DNA of 62,994 nt, counting the filler, from Vannella sp. (taxonomy: Eukaryota), in NCBI GenBank assembly GCA_023345925.1. It is 7 parts of 7 records of this genome, joined end to end, with 100 filler letters (N's around TTAATTAATTAA, not from the genome) between each part and the next. Parts side by side here need not be neighbours in the genome. Positions count along the whole stretch, not along the records: positions 6,594 to 28,573 come from JAJQQN010001185.1; positions 28,674 to 41,767 come from JAJQQN010001396.1; 5 more parts are not named here. One strand, given 5' to 3'. Of this stretch, positions 20,484 through 31,380 are shown one piece after another. The notes under the pieces are model-generated. The model saw only the letters and a list, made by a program, of their open reading frames with translations. It made no database searches and was not told the DNA's origin. A program made the translations under genes and the position numbers. Position 1 is the first letter of the stretch; the number at the start of each line of letters is the position of its first letter.

Positions 20484-21940
20484 TCATCTTGTTGAGGGCT
20501 TCTTCCGTTTGGGGCCTGCTGGAGACCTGGGGGACTTAGGAGACTTAGGAGACTTTGTGGGAAGCTTCCTCTTCTTGCTAGGTGCCTCCTCGACAGCGGG
20601 ACGAGCTGAGGAGCTGCGCTTGAGACGCTCCTTCTTGTTGTTGCCTTTTACCTGCTTCACTCGCAGTTTCTTTGGTGGTTTGAGCTCTTCTAGATCATCA
20701 CCTGAATCCTCTCCTTCGCTTGACATGTAATCTGCAAGATCCAAGTCCCCACGCTCGTCCTCCACCTCAGGAAGTGCCTTCCATGTCTCTTCGTCATCGT
20801 CGATTGCAGATTCCTTGAGGAAGGAGCACCCGATGAGCCTCTGCTTCAGGTATATCTTCATCTTCAGTTCTCTGTTGTCGTGGTTGAACACACGAAGGTG
20901 TCGGTCAAGGCTGGATGCTGCGAAAAGAGGCTCCGTTGGGTGGCAAGAGATCTCCCGTATGGCTCCGACCGTCTGGCCCTTGAAGGAGCATATCAACTGA
21001 CGTTGTCGAAGATCATACTTGAAGACATTGCCTAAGATGTCCCCTGCGAGCACGTAGAGGCCGTCTGGAGTGGGACAAACGCAACTGAAAGCGCTCTTGA
21101 TCACTTCCTCGTTGATGACGGGTCTTCGCTGTGCTTTGGTATCGTACACACGTATCTGCCCATATGAGGTGACTGTGACGATGTGATTAGGCTTGTCTTG
21201 GAAGTAGGAGAGATCGCGGTCCCAAATCTTTGGCGCTAAGCCTACTGCGTTGTCCCGGAGCTGTATCAAGGGATAAGTAAGGTTCACAGTAGAGTAGAGA
21301 GCTGATTCATACGTTACGAGAGTTCCAAGTACGCTGCTGTGTCGAGATATCCCAGATGCGGAGGGGCGTGTCTTCTCCTCCAGCCGCAAACTCTTGTTCA
21401 GTGTTGAAGTTGACTTGAACACGCTCAATCTGGCCCTCCAACTTGAACGAGGCACTTGGAGTGGGTGTCTGATCGGTCCCTTCGAGCTGAGTGAAGGGGA
21501 GAACATGAACATCGCCAAAGTTGTTGCTAACAAGGATAGAACCGGCCAGATCAGCTTGTTGCCGGAAGTGATAAAGACCTGTGTATCGATGGGGAAGCTT
21601 GGTGGTGATGGGAGGGAGCAATGCACGCTTCAGCATCGAACCGTTCTCAATGTTCCATTGTTCCACGGCCCCGCACTTCTTCAAGGCGAAGATCTACGCT
21701 CATAGTATCAGAGTTGATCATTGGCGTTGGATAGAGTCACCTACTGTCTCCATCCTCGCAGGATCCGAGTCGTCACGGAAGATCTGATCAATGCGGAGGT
21801 TGGCGTCCTGCGATCCCCACGCTCCAAGCAACATCTGTTGCTCCAAACTCACCACTACCTAACATCAGAACCTCTGCACCAACTCCCCATCCCAGCACAC
21901 CTTTCAGCAGCCCATTATCAGAACTAGCAACAATCCGCAT
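20484..21940 (-). CDS. WDR74: WD-repeat ribosome biogenesis factor WDR74/NSA1 (introns)
   Basis: MRIVASSDNGLLK start, AAGGEDTPLRIWD, IRVYDTKAQRRPV, SSLDRHLRVF, IYLKQRL; Lys-rich tail. Confidence 0.9.
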
Positions 21941-22012
21941 CGCGACAAGAGCAAATGAAAGGTCCTTTGGCCCCATTTCTTGGGACAGATGTTAGTCATA
22001 ACCCTTCGTAGT

Positions 22013-24132
22013 TTATTTGCCAGTCCAATACGAGTACCATTCAAACAGGGAAATCTTGGCGAGGAAAACGGAGCGGTGGACGGCAGTTTTGGTCTGATTC
22101 CACACTCCTGGGTCTGAAGGCATGTCAGTATGACGGAAAAAGGAGTTTGTGAACGAGAGAACTTACTCTCTTCCAACCAGCGCTCGCTGATGAGGCGGTC
22201 GACGTTACGAGCGGTAATCAAATAGGTATTCACTCCGGATCCGAGGTTTCGGTGGATAGCTCGAAGCAGGTCGCTGGGATTGGGTGAGAAGTAATCCTAA
22301 CAAATAGAGAGACTCTTACTTGGTCTTAAAGAGTAGGAGAAGCTCTGGGCGGACGCTCTGCAAAGTGTGCATTATCTCCTTGAGGAAGCGCTGGGCATGT
22401 TTTGCGATGGCTTCCAGCTCTTTCGCGTTCATCTCTGAGCTGAGACCCTCTGAGGGGTTGGAAATACTGAAGATATATAAGTTGATACTCCATGGAGGCC
22501 ATCCAATTACCTTTCCCAGCTCTTGGCGGTTAAAACGGAGCAGAAGATTCGATAACCAGCAGCGGCTCCCATCTTTTCAGCTACTTGTTCGATAGTAGCT
22601 TCATCAAAGTTGATAAGAGCATTCCAGAGCTTCAAGTAGTCTCTCTTAAAGTCATTCTCCTCCAAATTGCGATAAAGGCCGTGGTCCAAAAGGACAACTT
22701 GGAAGGGCACACTTTTGTCCCATCCCACCCAACGCAAAAACCGCCTAACTTTCCCATCTTCCTCGGAGGATGGACGCGGTCGTACCAAAAGGTTGCCAGG
22801 ATGAGGGTCACAGTGAATAAACCCATCTTCGAAGGCCATCTTGTCAAAGATGTTCGTGATTTCCAGAGCCACATCCGAGCAGCGAATGCCATCCTTCTTG
22901 ATCTCCTCGATATCATCAACGTGGTTCCCCTCACAGAATTCCATCACAAGGATTCGGTCTGTGGTATGTTCCTACCCAATCTCTCAGTCACTTGACCTCC
23001 AAAGAGAAAGGAACAAAATACCCAAATCACTTCGGGAACCACGACGTTCTGATAACCTTGGAAGTTGTTGCGAACCACCTGCGAATTCAACGCTTCTTGA
23101 ATAAAGTTCAATTCCTTTGGCAAATTGATATTCAGCTCTTGAATGAGCCATCCAAACTTGAACTCCGGGAACACCTTGAAGAGAGTAAGATACATGGCTT
23201 GGCGAGCATGATAGGATGGAGAAAGGACGAGAGAGAAGCGGGGAATGCAACGAACTCACTTTGGTCATTGCGCCAAGAATGATTTGGATGGTGAAGGAGT
23301 CCCCAGCGCAAGTCTCTCGTAATCCAGGGAACTGAACTTTGATAGCTACTTTCTTCCCATCGAGCATGGCAGTGTGCACTTGAGCAAGCGAAGCCGCCGC
23401 GATCGGGTTCTCATTAAACTCTTCAAATCTACCTTCCTGTGAGCACAACCACGCACCAAGGCAACACAGCAGAGAGACTTACATCTGTTTAGGGTGTTTG
23501 CCATACTCCTCCTCAAAGACACTGGCGATCTCTTCGAAGGTGACGTGAGGCGCATGGTTTTGGAGAACTTTCATGCAACTGGTGTACTCGATAGGCAGGA
23601 GATAGTCCAAAGCAGCTAGATGCTGCCCAAACTTGATAAAGATGCCTCTGTTGTACTCGAACAGAGCCAGGAGGCGCTTGGCAGAGCGACCGTGAACTAG
23701 CTTGATGGCTTCTGCGTACTGATCATCGTCCAGGCCCTTTAGAGAGTACTTGTAGTCGAGAGCAATAAAGGATGTAACTGAAACACAAGTGATGAAGCGG
23801 TACAAAGCTGTGATCACCTTCAAAGGCTCAGGAACAACCAAAGCCGCACCAAAGAGAAGTCCGAGGTGAAAGCCCACCACCTTTGTTCCAATACGAGTGA
23901 CTCTGAAGCTCCACAAGCGCTGAAGCATGCTACTGTTACTCATAGCTTGTTCACAGAAGGCTCTGCGAGTGACCGAGTGCACGCGAGACCCAACAGAAGT
24001 GAACTTGTTTGCGCCATACAACGCTCCTCCTCCTCCTACTCTTGATGCCACGTCGGGGAGAGCTCTTAAGTTCCTTCTTTTACTAAGATGAGGCCCACAC
24101 TGAGTGACAGCACGCCGTCCCGCAGCCCACAT
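22013..24132 (-). CDS. ADCK1: ABC1/UbiB atypical kinase, ADCK1/MCP2-like (several introns)
   Basis: GIFIKFGQHL, PIAAASLAQVH, VAIKVQFP, ELNFIQEA, GFIHCDPHPGNLL, LLDHGLY; mitochondrial-like presequence. Confidence 0.92.
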
Positions 24133-24485
24133 CAACCAAATGACCCAGAAAACCGAAGACCATTCCCGCGAGGACGAAGGAAGACCGAAGCATCGAGACC
24201 ATGTGTCAGCTTCTATTCATCCCTTCTCTTTGCACTCAAGTAGGAAGTCGAGACTCTCGCTTTTGTAAGGACGAGAGAGTTCACGGCCCACTAAACCACG
24301 CCCGCTGGCCACGGTTGAAGGTACCTCTCAGTGAGCAACTCACATCGAGCAATCAAGAGGAAAGTCGCCCAAGAATGAGGGGTACACCACGCGCTCCTCA
24401 GTGTTATCTGAAGAACCCAAAAAAAGGCCAAAAGAATTAAAAGGAGGAGATTTAACTCACGTTCGCCATTAAAATGCCAGACTCA

Positions 24486-24495
24486 TTCTGATTGG
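24486..24495 (-). promoter_or_regulatory. CCAAT box (CCAATCAGAA, reverse) upstream of the ZNFX1-like gene
   Basis: ttctgattgg about 60 bp before the ATG at 24554; the same 10-mer occurs at 36311, 46691 and 54851. Confidence 0.55.
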
Positions 24496-24553
24496 CCGAT
24501 AAAGATCCCTTCTGGATGCAAGGGATCCAAACTTTTCATTTTTCTCTCTCTTA

Positions 24554-27500
24554 ATGGGAAAGGCAAAGAGGGGACCTCCAAAGAAGGAGAGCTACTCTGC
24601 CTTGACGAGAGAGCTTGATGAGCTTGAGGACTTGATCTTTCAAGGTGGAGACATAGACTTTGAGGAACTAAGCGAAAGCGGACGGCTTTCAGTCGAAGGG
24701 GCGGACAACACGACTTGGTGGCGCTTCTTCCGCTTCTTTGTCGGTGAGGTTGAACCAGAGACTTGTCCACGCACTGTCAACGAGTTGGTTACGCACCCAA
24801 TGTTCTGGAATGCAAAGGAACTCAATCTGGAGGTGCTGGACAACTACCTCAAGGTATTGAAGTGTTTCCTCTTCCTCCCTGCTGCTACAGAAGAGAATCG
24901 GCTACCTGCACTTCTTACACACCTGAAGAAGATGGTCAAGAAGAGTTCAAAGTCCCAGCACGAGAGCCAAGTGGGAGAGTGGTTCTTGGTACTCGAAGAG
25001 TGCAACCAACGGATGAGGGAGATCCAGAGAGTAGCTTCTGTGACCCTTATCACACGAGATGGAGCTGAAGTGACCACTGTTGAAGAAGAGAGAGCCTCAG
25101 CCTGGCAATCCCTCCGGGAACTACCAGAGGTTCTTGCCGCGCTCCCTAAGAAAGAAGCCCCAAAGTTCTTTGACAGTCTTCGGCAATCTGGCCAGCTGGA
25201 GGAACTGCTGAACTGTGCAATCATTGCTGAGGCATGCAACAGCAGTGTGGAGGTGGGAGAGAACCAAATCTCCTTCCAAAAGGTGTGGATTCCCTTTATT
25301 GAAAAGGTCATCGCTTGCAGCGAGCGCTCTGTACTCCAAGCTATCATTAAGCACGATTCCTTCTTTTGGGAGATTGACAGTGTCCTCAAGAAGGTAGCAC
25401 CTGACCGCAAGGCTGCTGTTGTAGCCTTCCAAGCCACCCTAGGCTGCCTCTCGTGCATCATTCGCCTCATTCCTTCTGCTCAAGACCACTATCGAGTCAC
25501 ACCACTGCTAACTTCCATCTTGGCGTTGCTTGATAAGAACGGGGGGCGCTTTGAGCCAAATGGAACTCCCAATGCACTCTACATCCAGTTCCATCAATGC
25601 GCCGCTTCATTAGTGAAGAACACAAAGATCACTAATCTAGAGGATCTTTCTAACCAGTACGGCTGGCGCCACACCAACGATAAGGAAGACATCCGCGAAA
25701 TTCGCTTTGCTCCAGACTTGGAAGAGATCCTGTGCCCCTTTCAAGCTCACATTCCCACTGCTGATAGCACTTTTGAAGCATACGTGGAAAAGCAGTTCCG
25801 CATGCAAAGAGAGGAGGCTTTGAGAGGGTACATGAAGGCAATGCAGTGGCTCATCCGAGAGGGCCACGAGAAGGTGCATCCGGATCATGACTTTATCAAA
25901 TCCACAAGTCAAAGTCTCAATGCCGTCTTTAACGTGTTCCACAACTTCGGTCACAAGACAAAGGACACATACACTTTTGACTTGCCCGCTGGGGCGGGTA
26001 AAAGCGCAACCAGTCAGTGGAAATACTGGAACTCTGGGTCAGGTTCGAAAGACATCAGCGTCAAGTGTCCGATGATGATGATGTACCGGCGAGACGATGG
26101 CGAGACGCGGTTCTATCCCTGCCAAGTCATAGTTCCTGTGCAGGCAATGGAGCCGTCCACAGATCAAAACGGCAATACCTACGTTCAAGCACCAGAGTGT
26201 GAGATTGACGTGAAAATTTTGAACTCTCCGTGGCAGGAGAAGAACTACAAGAGCCAGCGCTTCCTCATTGGGCTCAGAGGGATGTTCTTTATGACGCCTC
26301 AAGCTGTTCTTGAGAACCTTAAGGAATTGAAAGGTAATATGCCTTTCCTGAAACAAATCCAAGTTCCACCTGGACCACCAGGTGCTCTACAGCCCCAGTT
26401 TGACAAATCACAGAATTATGCCCCGGCATATCTGCGCGAAAGGAAGCTGGACTTCCCCATCGGCGCTGACGACTTCAAGGACCCTAAGCTTTTGGGGTTC
26501 GAGCTAGGTGACACGTATGAGACAACTTTGTCAAAGTTTAAGTTTGTCCCATTTGCTCTTGGTCTGGATCAGTCCCAGTTGGAAGCATTTGTAGCAAGTA
26601 TCACACACCCAGTGGCACTAATTCAAGGACCACCAGGTACTGGAAAAAGCTTTGTTGGCGTTTACATCGCGCGTTTTCTTCTTCTCAATACTGCTCCTTG
26701 TGTCCCAAGTCCTCCAGTTCAAATGGATCTCGAAGTCAAGGACGATCAAATGGAAGAGAATGGAGAGCAAGAGAGTCTATCTGAGGCCGAAAGTGAGTCT
26801 GTCAGTGAGCAAGAATCTGATGAGGGCTCGGAAGCTATTTTGCCAATCTTGGTAGTGGCCCAAACCAACCATGCTTTAGACGAGTTTTTAATGAGCCTTA
26901 TTTCTTCCGGAGCAGTCTCCAGGAGAGAAGTCCTTCGCATGGGAAAATCCCTCACACGAGAAGAGCTTAGGCCCTGTTTGCTCTTGCGTGACGACAAAGG
27001 TTCGCTGATGGAGAACGCATGTGAGCGTGCAAGAGCGTGTAAAGTGGTGGGAATCACTACTTCAGGTTGTGCCATTAATCCTCAACTGATTGCTGAACTG
27101 AAGCCGAAGATTATCATTTGTGAAGAGGCCAGTGAAGTGCTAGAATGCCACATGCTTATGGTGCTGAGTGACAGTACAGAGCACCTCATTCTCATTGGTG
27201 ACCATATGCAACTCAGCCCAAAGGTGACCGAAATGAGCTTGGTTGGTGAGCCCTTAAACTTCGACCGGTCACTCTTCGAGCGTCTTGTGTCTCCCTTTGA
27301 TGCCGTAGGCGATAAGCAGCGCGCAGGCCGCGTGGTAACTTTGAATGTCCAGCGGCGCATGCACCCATCAATCTCTCAGCTTATCAGGCACCCTGAACTC
27401 TACCCTAATCTGAAGGATACGATTAGAACTGACGAGTCCGTTCCTGCTGGCTTTCCCTTTAACGTTTGGTTTTTGGATCACAATGGGCCAGAGAGTCAAC

Positions 27501-28525
27501 CCCCCAACTCGACTTCTCATCGCAACCTTAAAGAGGCTAGGATTGCTCTTCAACTGGCTAAGTTTCTCGTTTATCAAGGAGACAGGGACATCGTTATCAT
27601 CTCTCCCTACCAGGCACAAATTGATGAGTTCAACAAAATGCTAGATGAACCTGAATATCATCTGCAATTGGAAGTGCCGCTCTACTATGGGACAGAACTA
27701 CAAACGCTCCCTTTGCGGGACTTCATCCGATTGGCGACCATCGACAGCTTCCAAGGAGAAGAGTCGGGGATAGTCATCCTATCTCTTGTCCGCAACAATG
27801 CTCAAGGCGGAATGGGGTTCCTTAACCGCAACCGAATCAACGTTATGCTCTCGCGGGCAAAGCACTGCCTCGTCATTCTGGGTTCAACTTCGACTATCGC
27901 GAAGAAACGGGGCAAAAATCAATCTGCCGTGCTTTCTGACGCTGTCAAGACCCTCCAATCCCAGAATCGAGTTTATGAGGAACTTCCTCTTCGCTGCTTG
28001 AACCACAGCGATGAGATTCAATATGCTCATCCCGATGAACTCGACAAGTATTGCAAGGATGGTGGCTGTGACCGTCCATGCGGGGGTTTCTACAGATGTG
28101 GCCATGCCTGTCCAAAGAATTGCCATTTCCACGACCGAGCGCACATCTTCGACTGCCCCATAATACTGCAAAAGATCTACCCGGGCTGCCTTCATGTGCA
28201 AAACTACTCTTGTTCCGGTCCTGTGCCATACCAATGCCCTGAATTGGTTGCAGTTGAGGCTCTCAAGGATTGTCCTCATTTGACTGTCCCATGCCACATG
28301 TTGAAAGAGCGCGAGCTCCCAGGGTACAGATGTCGGCAGCCATGTCCTGAGATCTGCCAGTCCTGCAAGCAAACCTGCCTTACTCCTTGTTTCGAATGCG
28401 CTCACAATGATCGCAAACCAAAACGACGGGAACAGGCCACCTGCTTGCGTTGCCAGAGACGAGAGGAAGTCCCCAAAAAGAAGAAGAAGAATGCCGCAAA
28501 CGCCAAGAAGAAGAAGCGGCGCTGA
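24554..28525 (+). CDS. ZNFX1: ZNFX1-like superfamily-1 (UPF1-like) RNA helicase with C-terminal NFX1-type Cys-rich fingers
   Basis: HTNDKEDIREI...YVEKQFRMQREE, LIQGPPGTGKS, ICEEASEVLE, LIGDHMQL, SLFERLV, QRRMHPSIS, TIDSFQGEE, NVMLSRAK, CGHACPKNCH. Intronless; basic NLS-like tail. Confidence 0.88.
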   Translation: MGKAKRGPPKKESYSALTRELDELEDLIFQGGDIDFEELSESGRLSVEGADNTTWWRFFRFFVGEVEPETCPRTVNELVTHPMFWNAKELNLEVLDNYLKVLKCFLFLPAATEENRLPALLTHLKKMVKKSSKSQHESQVGEWFLVLEECNQRMREIQRVASVTLITRDGAEVTTVEEERASAWQSLRELPEVLAALPKKEAPKFFDSLRQSGQLEELLNCAIIAEACNSSVEVGENQISFQKVWIPFIEKVIACSERSVLQAIIKHDSFFWEIDSVLKKVAPDRKAAVVAFQATLGCLSCIIRLIPSAQDHYRVTPLLTSILALLDKNGGRFEPNGTPNALYIQFHQCAASLVKNTKITNLEDLSNQYGWRHTNDKEDIREIRFAPDLEEILCPFQAHIPTADSTFEAYVEKQFRMQREEALRGYMKAMQWLIREGHEKVHPDHDFIKSTSQSLNAVFNVFHNFGHKTKDTYTFDLPAGAGKSATSQWKYWNSGSGSKDISVKCPMMMMYRRDDGETRFYPCQVIVPVQAMEPSTDQNGNTYVQAPECEIDVKILNSPWQEKNYKSQRFLIGLRGMFFMTPQAVLENLKELKGNMPFLKQIQVPPGPPGALQPQFDKSQNYAPAYLRERKLDFPIGADDFKDPKLLGFELGDTYETTLSKFKFVPFALGLDQSQLEAFVASITHPVALIQGPPGTGKSFVGVYIARFLLLNTAPCVPSPPVQMDLEVKDDQMEENGEQESLSEAESESVSEQESDEGSEAILPILVVAQTNHALDEFLMSLISSGAVSRREVLRMGKSLTREELRPCLLLRDDKGSLMENACERARACKVVGITTSGCAINPQLIAELKPKIIICEEASEVLECHMLMVLSDSTEHLILIGDHMQLSPKVTEMSLVGEPLNFDRSLFERLVSPFDAVGDKQRAGRVVTLNVQRRMHPSISQLIRHPELYPNLKDTIRTDESVPAGFPFNVWFLDHNGPESQPPNSTSHRNLKEARIALQLAKFLVYQGDRDIVIISPYQAQIDEFNKMLDEPEYHLQLEVPLYYGTELQTLPLRDFIRLATIDSFQGEESGIVILSLVRNNAQGGMGFLNRNRINVMLSRAKHCLVILGSTSTIAKKRGKNQSAVLSDAVKTLQSQNRVYEELPLRCLNHSDEIQYAHPDELDKYCKDGGCDRPCGGFYRCGHACPKNCHFHDRAHIFDCPIILQKIYPGCLHVQNYSCSGPVPYQCPELVAVEALKDCPHLTVPCHMLKERELPGYRCRQPCPEICQSCKQTCLTPCFECAHNDRKPKRREQATCLRCQRREEVPKKKKKNAANAKKKKRR

Positions 28526-28573
28526 TCACTACCACAACGATCTATTCATCATAAACACGGATCATTGAACCCT

Positions 28574-28673
28574 NNNNNNNNNNNNNNNNNNNNNNNNNNN
28601 NNNNNNNNNNNNNNNNNTTAATTAATTAANNNNNNNNNNNNNNNNNNNNNNNNNNNNNNNNNNNNNNNNNNNN
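28574..28673. other. Artificial contig linker
   Basis: 44N-TTAATTAATTAA-44N. Confidence 0.98.
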
Positions 28674-28775
28674 GCTAAGGATTTCGGGTGTCTTCGGGAT
28701 GGCTATTGCTTCTTCTGGCAGAACCATAACCACAGCTGATAGATTAGGATCAAAGAACAATAACACTAAAGGATT

Positions 28776-28863
28776 TCAGGGATGGTTATTGCTTAGCCAC
28801 ACGAAGATACTGCCACCCCGGAATCCTTACGGCTTTTAAAAACTTAGCCATAACCATCCCTGA
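28776..28863. repeat. 20-bp imperfect inverted repeat in non-coding contig end
   Basis: tcagggatggttattgctta (28776-28795) vs reverse complement of 28844-28863 (tcagggatggttatggctaa); a related copy gggatggctattgc lies near 28696. Confidence 0.7.
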
Positions 28864-28978
28864 CTCTCATGTCATAATAAAGTATTTTTATCAAAAAAAA
28901 AAGTAGTGGAAGAGAGCAAGGTCTGGGACGAAGGTTAAGACTCACTCTTGAGAGACACTTTCAATTGTTAGATGAGGA

Positions 28979-29494
28979 TCATCCCAAGGCCCCTGCACAA
29001 GCTCCCAAAACCTGGCAGCAAAGTAACGAACACTCAGCCACGACCAAGCAACCACTGAGACACGTTTGGACACCGGGATGGTCACAACAACGTTGACAGG
29101 AAGAGCAATCATTCCAGCAACAGAAGAGCCTTTCAACGCAGCAGCAAAGAGGTGGTAACCGGAGAGCACGCAGAAGGGTGTTGAACAGGAACTCGAAACA
29201 GAAGCAAAAGTAACACGCGCAACAGCACCAGCAGAACCCCCACCACCAATGTTGGTTCTTTCCGTATCCCCTTGGGCAGGTGAAGCACAGACACCTTGTG
29301 TAGGACTTCCACGAGTACTTTTGTTCCTTCTTGGATAAGCCTCCTCCAACAGACCGGCCAGAACTCGACACGTCGTCTCTGTCCATCTCCACTGGACTGG
29401 GCGAACCGTTGGAAGAGCCCGTTTGTGGAGTAGTCGATAAAACATCCATTTCAATCTCCGTTGAGTGCGCATCCATCTCCATCTCCATCTCCAT
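28979..29494 (-). CDS. Small Cys-rich membrane-associated hypothetical protein
   Basis: ORF with polar N-terminus and WWWGFCWCCCACYFCFCF...CCC...CC tracts. Confidence 0.55.
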   Translation of the reverse strand: MEMEMEMDAHSTEIEMDVLSTTPQTGSSNGSPSPVEMDRDDVSSSGRSVGGGLSKKEQKYSWKSYTRCLCFTCPRGYGKNQHWWWGFCWCCCACYFCFCFEFLFNTLLRALRLPPLCCCVERLFCCWNDCSSCQRCCDHPGVQTCLSGCLVVAECSLLCCQVLGACAGALG

Positions 29495-29869
29495 CTCGCC
29501 CTGAAAGAATGAAGAATCCCCCGCCCGTAAATTCAATGGGTTTGGGGATTTTTACCCTTTTTTGGCTGGGACTGATGATGAGTCAGCTTGGGCGGTCTTG
29601 TCTGGGCTGGTGGATGCCATTTGAAAGGTAAAGGAATCAAAGGTATTCTTTGGCCCTTTGGATCAACTCAAAAGTGGTACACAAAGGTGCATACTCTCTT
29701 GAGATAACAACTGCACCTGCATGTGTGGCAATCACATGACAGCAAGGACTCCCTCTTCCCGCTCGTGGATTTTCTCTTCCTTCAATCTGCATGAAGCAAC
29801 GCGAAAATAATCCAGTGTATTAGGGAATGAAAGCCAAGATGAATGACATTCTTTGCAGGGCCGGTCTTG

Positions 29870-31291
29870 ATGGCTTCCTTGAGCGAGCAGATGCGCGCCT
29901 TGGCGGGCTCCAGCAGGGTCCCTATCAAGGCCACAAAGCCCTCCTCCACTCTTTTGGCCTTGTTTGAAACTCCTTTGAATCGTAAGCGCGTGGCGCTCCC
30001 TTCATCCTCATCTCCTGAAGCCAAACGGCAACGAGTTTCGCTTGATCCCGGACAGAAGGAGGACTCGGAAGAAGAGAATGGGGCTTCCAGTGATGAAGAA
30101 AGCAGTTCCGAAGAAGAAGAGAACGCCCACTCACGCGATCAGTTCTACGAGGACGAGGAATTGGAAGTACTCCGAGCAGCTGCTCAGGAGGCTTTGGAAG
30201 CGAGTGAAGAAGAATCAGGCGACGAGTTTGAGTTCAAGGAGCGTCCTTTGCCGGCTATTCAAGAAGCTATTCCTCTTCTACCTCACGAGAGGGAGAAGGC
30301 CGCGGAAGCGGAGGAAGAAGCAGAGAAAAGGGAGCGGAACATGAGAACTCTCTTCCTTGGCAACTTGCCGACAAGTGCGAAGAAGAAGGACCTAGTGGCT
30401 GCTTGCACTCCTTTCGGTAAGATCGAAAGCGTTCGGTTCCGATCGGTCCCCGTGGCGTCCCCCAAACTCCCTCAAAAGGCCTCTTTTATCACAAAGCAGT
30501 TCAGTGATAATCTGGATGACTTGCATGGTTACGTGGTCTTTGTTGAGGCGTCCAGTGCCAAGGCGGCTTTGGCTCTCAATGGAACGATTCTGCTGGGACG
30601 CCATCTCCGAGCTGATTTGGCTTCGCAAAGCAAACGGCGGTTAGATAACGACTGCTCGGTATTTGTGGGGAACCTGGCCTTTGACACAGATGATGAGTCT
30701 CTTTGGAGCCACTTTGGAGGCTGCGGGAAAGTGGTCGCTGTTCGCGTTGTGCGCGACCCGCAATACCGTATTGGTAGAGGCTTTGGCTATGTCATGTTCG
30801 ATAGTCCTTTGGCTGTGTCCCACGCTCTCAAACTGGACCAAAAGCCGCTCAAAGATCGACCTTTGCGGGTGACCAAGTCCGTCCGGAACAAGACCAAGAC
30901 TCCTTCTCGGCCTTCTCGTGGATCCCAAAGGGGAGACAGCCACTCAGCCGGTAACAGATCTTCCACCAACCAACGCTCTGGTGGTGACTCGGCTCCAAGA
31001 ACAAGAGGGAGCTCCTCTACCTCTCGTGGAGGCCGTGGAGAACGTGGAGGGCGAGGAGGGCGTGGAGGGAGTAGAGGTGGTCAACAGGGCTCTTTTAATC
31101 AAGTTGGAAAGGCTCCACCCAAAGCACCAAAGGTACCCCAGAAAGAAATCAGTTTCGAAGGAAGGCGAGCTGTGCCAGGCAAGGCCCCTCGATTGACTCT
31201 CCCCTCTTGGAAGAAAGAGGAAAAGAAAACCCACAGTGGGCCGCGCAAGCCTCGGCATAAGAAAGTCAGTAAGAAAGTGGGAACCAAATAA
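29870..31291 (+). CDS. RBM34: Nucleolar two-RRM protein RBM34/Nop12
   Basis: RTLFLGNLP...GKIESVRFRS, SVFVGNLAF, VRVVRD...GRGFGYV, SFEGRRA; RGG-rich tail. Confidence 0.92.
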   Translation: MASLSEQMRALAGSSRVPIKATKPSSTLLALFETPLNRKRVALPSSSSPEAKRQRVSLDPGQKEDSEEENGASSDEESSSEEEENAHSRDQFYEDEELEVLRAAAQEALEASEEESGDEFEFKERPLPAIQEAIPLLPHEREKAAEAEEEAEKRERNMRTLFLGNLPTSAKKKDLVAACTPFGKIESVRFRSVPVASPKLPQKASFITKQFSDNLDDLHGYVVFVEASSAKAALALNGTILLGRHLRADLASQSKRRLDNDCSVFVGNLAFDTDDESLWSHFGGCGKVVAVRVVRDPQYRIGRGFGYVMFDSPLAVSHALKLDQKPLKDRPLRVTKSVRNKTKTPSRPSRGSQRGDSHSAGNRSSTNQRSGGDSAPRTRGSSSTSRGGRGERGGRGGRGGSRGGQQGSFNQVGKAPPKAPKVPQKEISFEGRRAVPGKAPRLTLPSWKKEEKKTHSGPRKPRHKKVSKKVGTK

Positions 31292-31380
31292 AGGCCGAAT
31301 CGCTTGAGGAAGAGAGGGACAAAGTGGATCGGAATGGAAATGGTGTATTGTCCATTGATGGACACCCAGGAGAATGCCAC

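Noticed and set aside
29540..29840. Possible box C/D snoRNA (TGATGA near 29573) or tRNA in intergenic gaps
   Set aside because: No convincing terminal stem, D box pairing or cloverleaf seen by eye; would need Infernal/tRNAscan.
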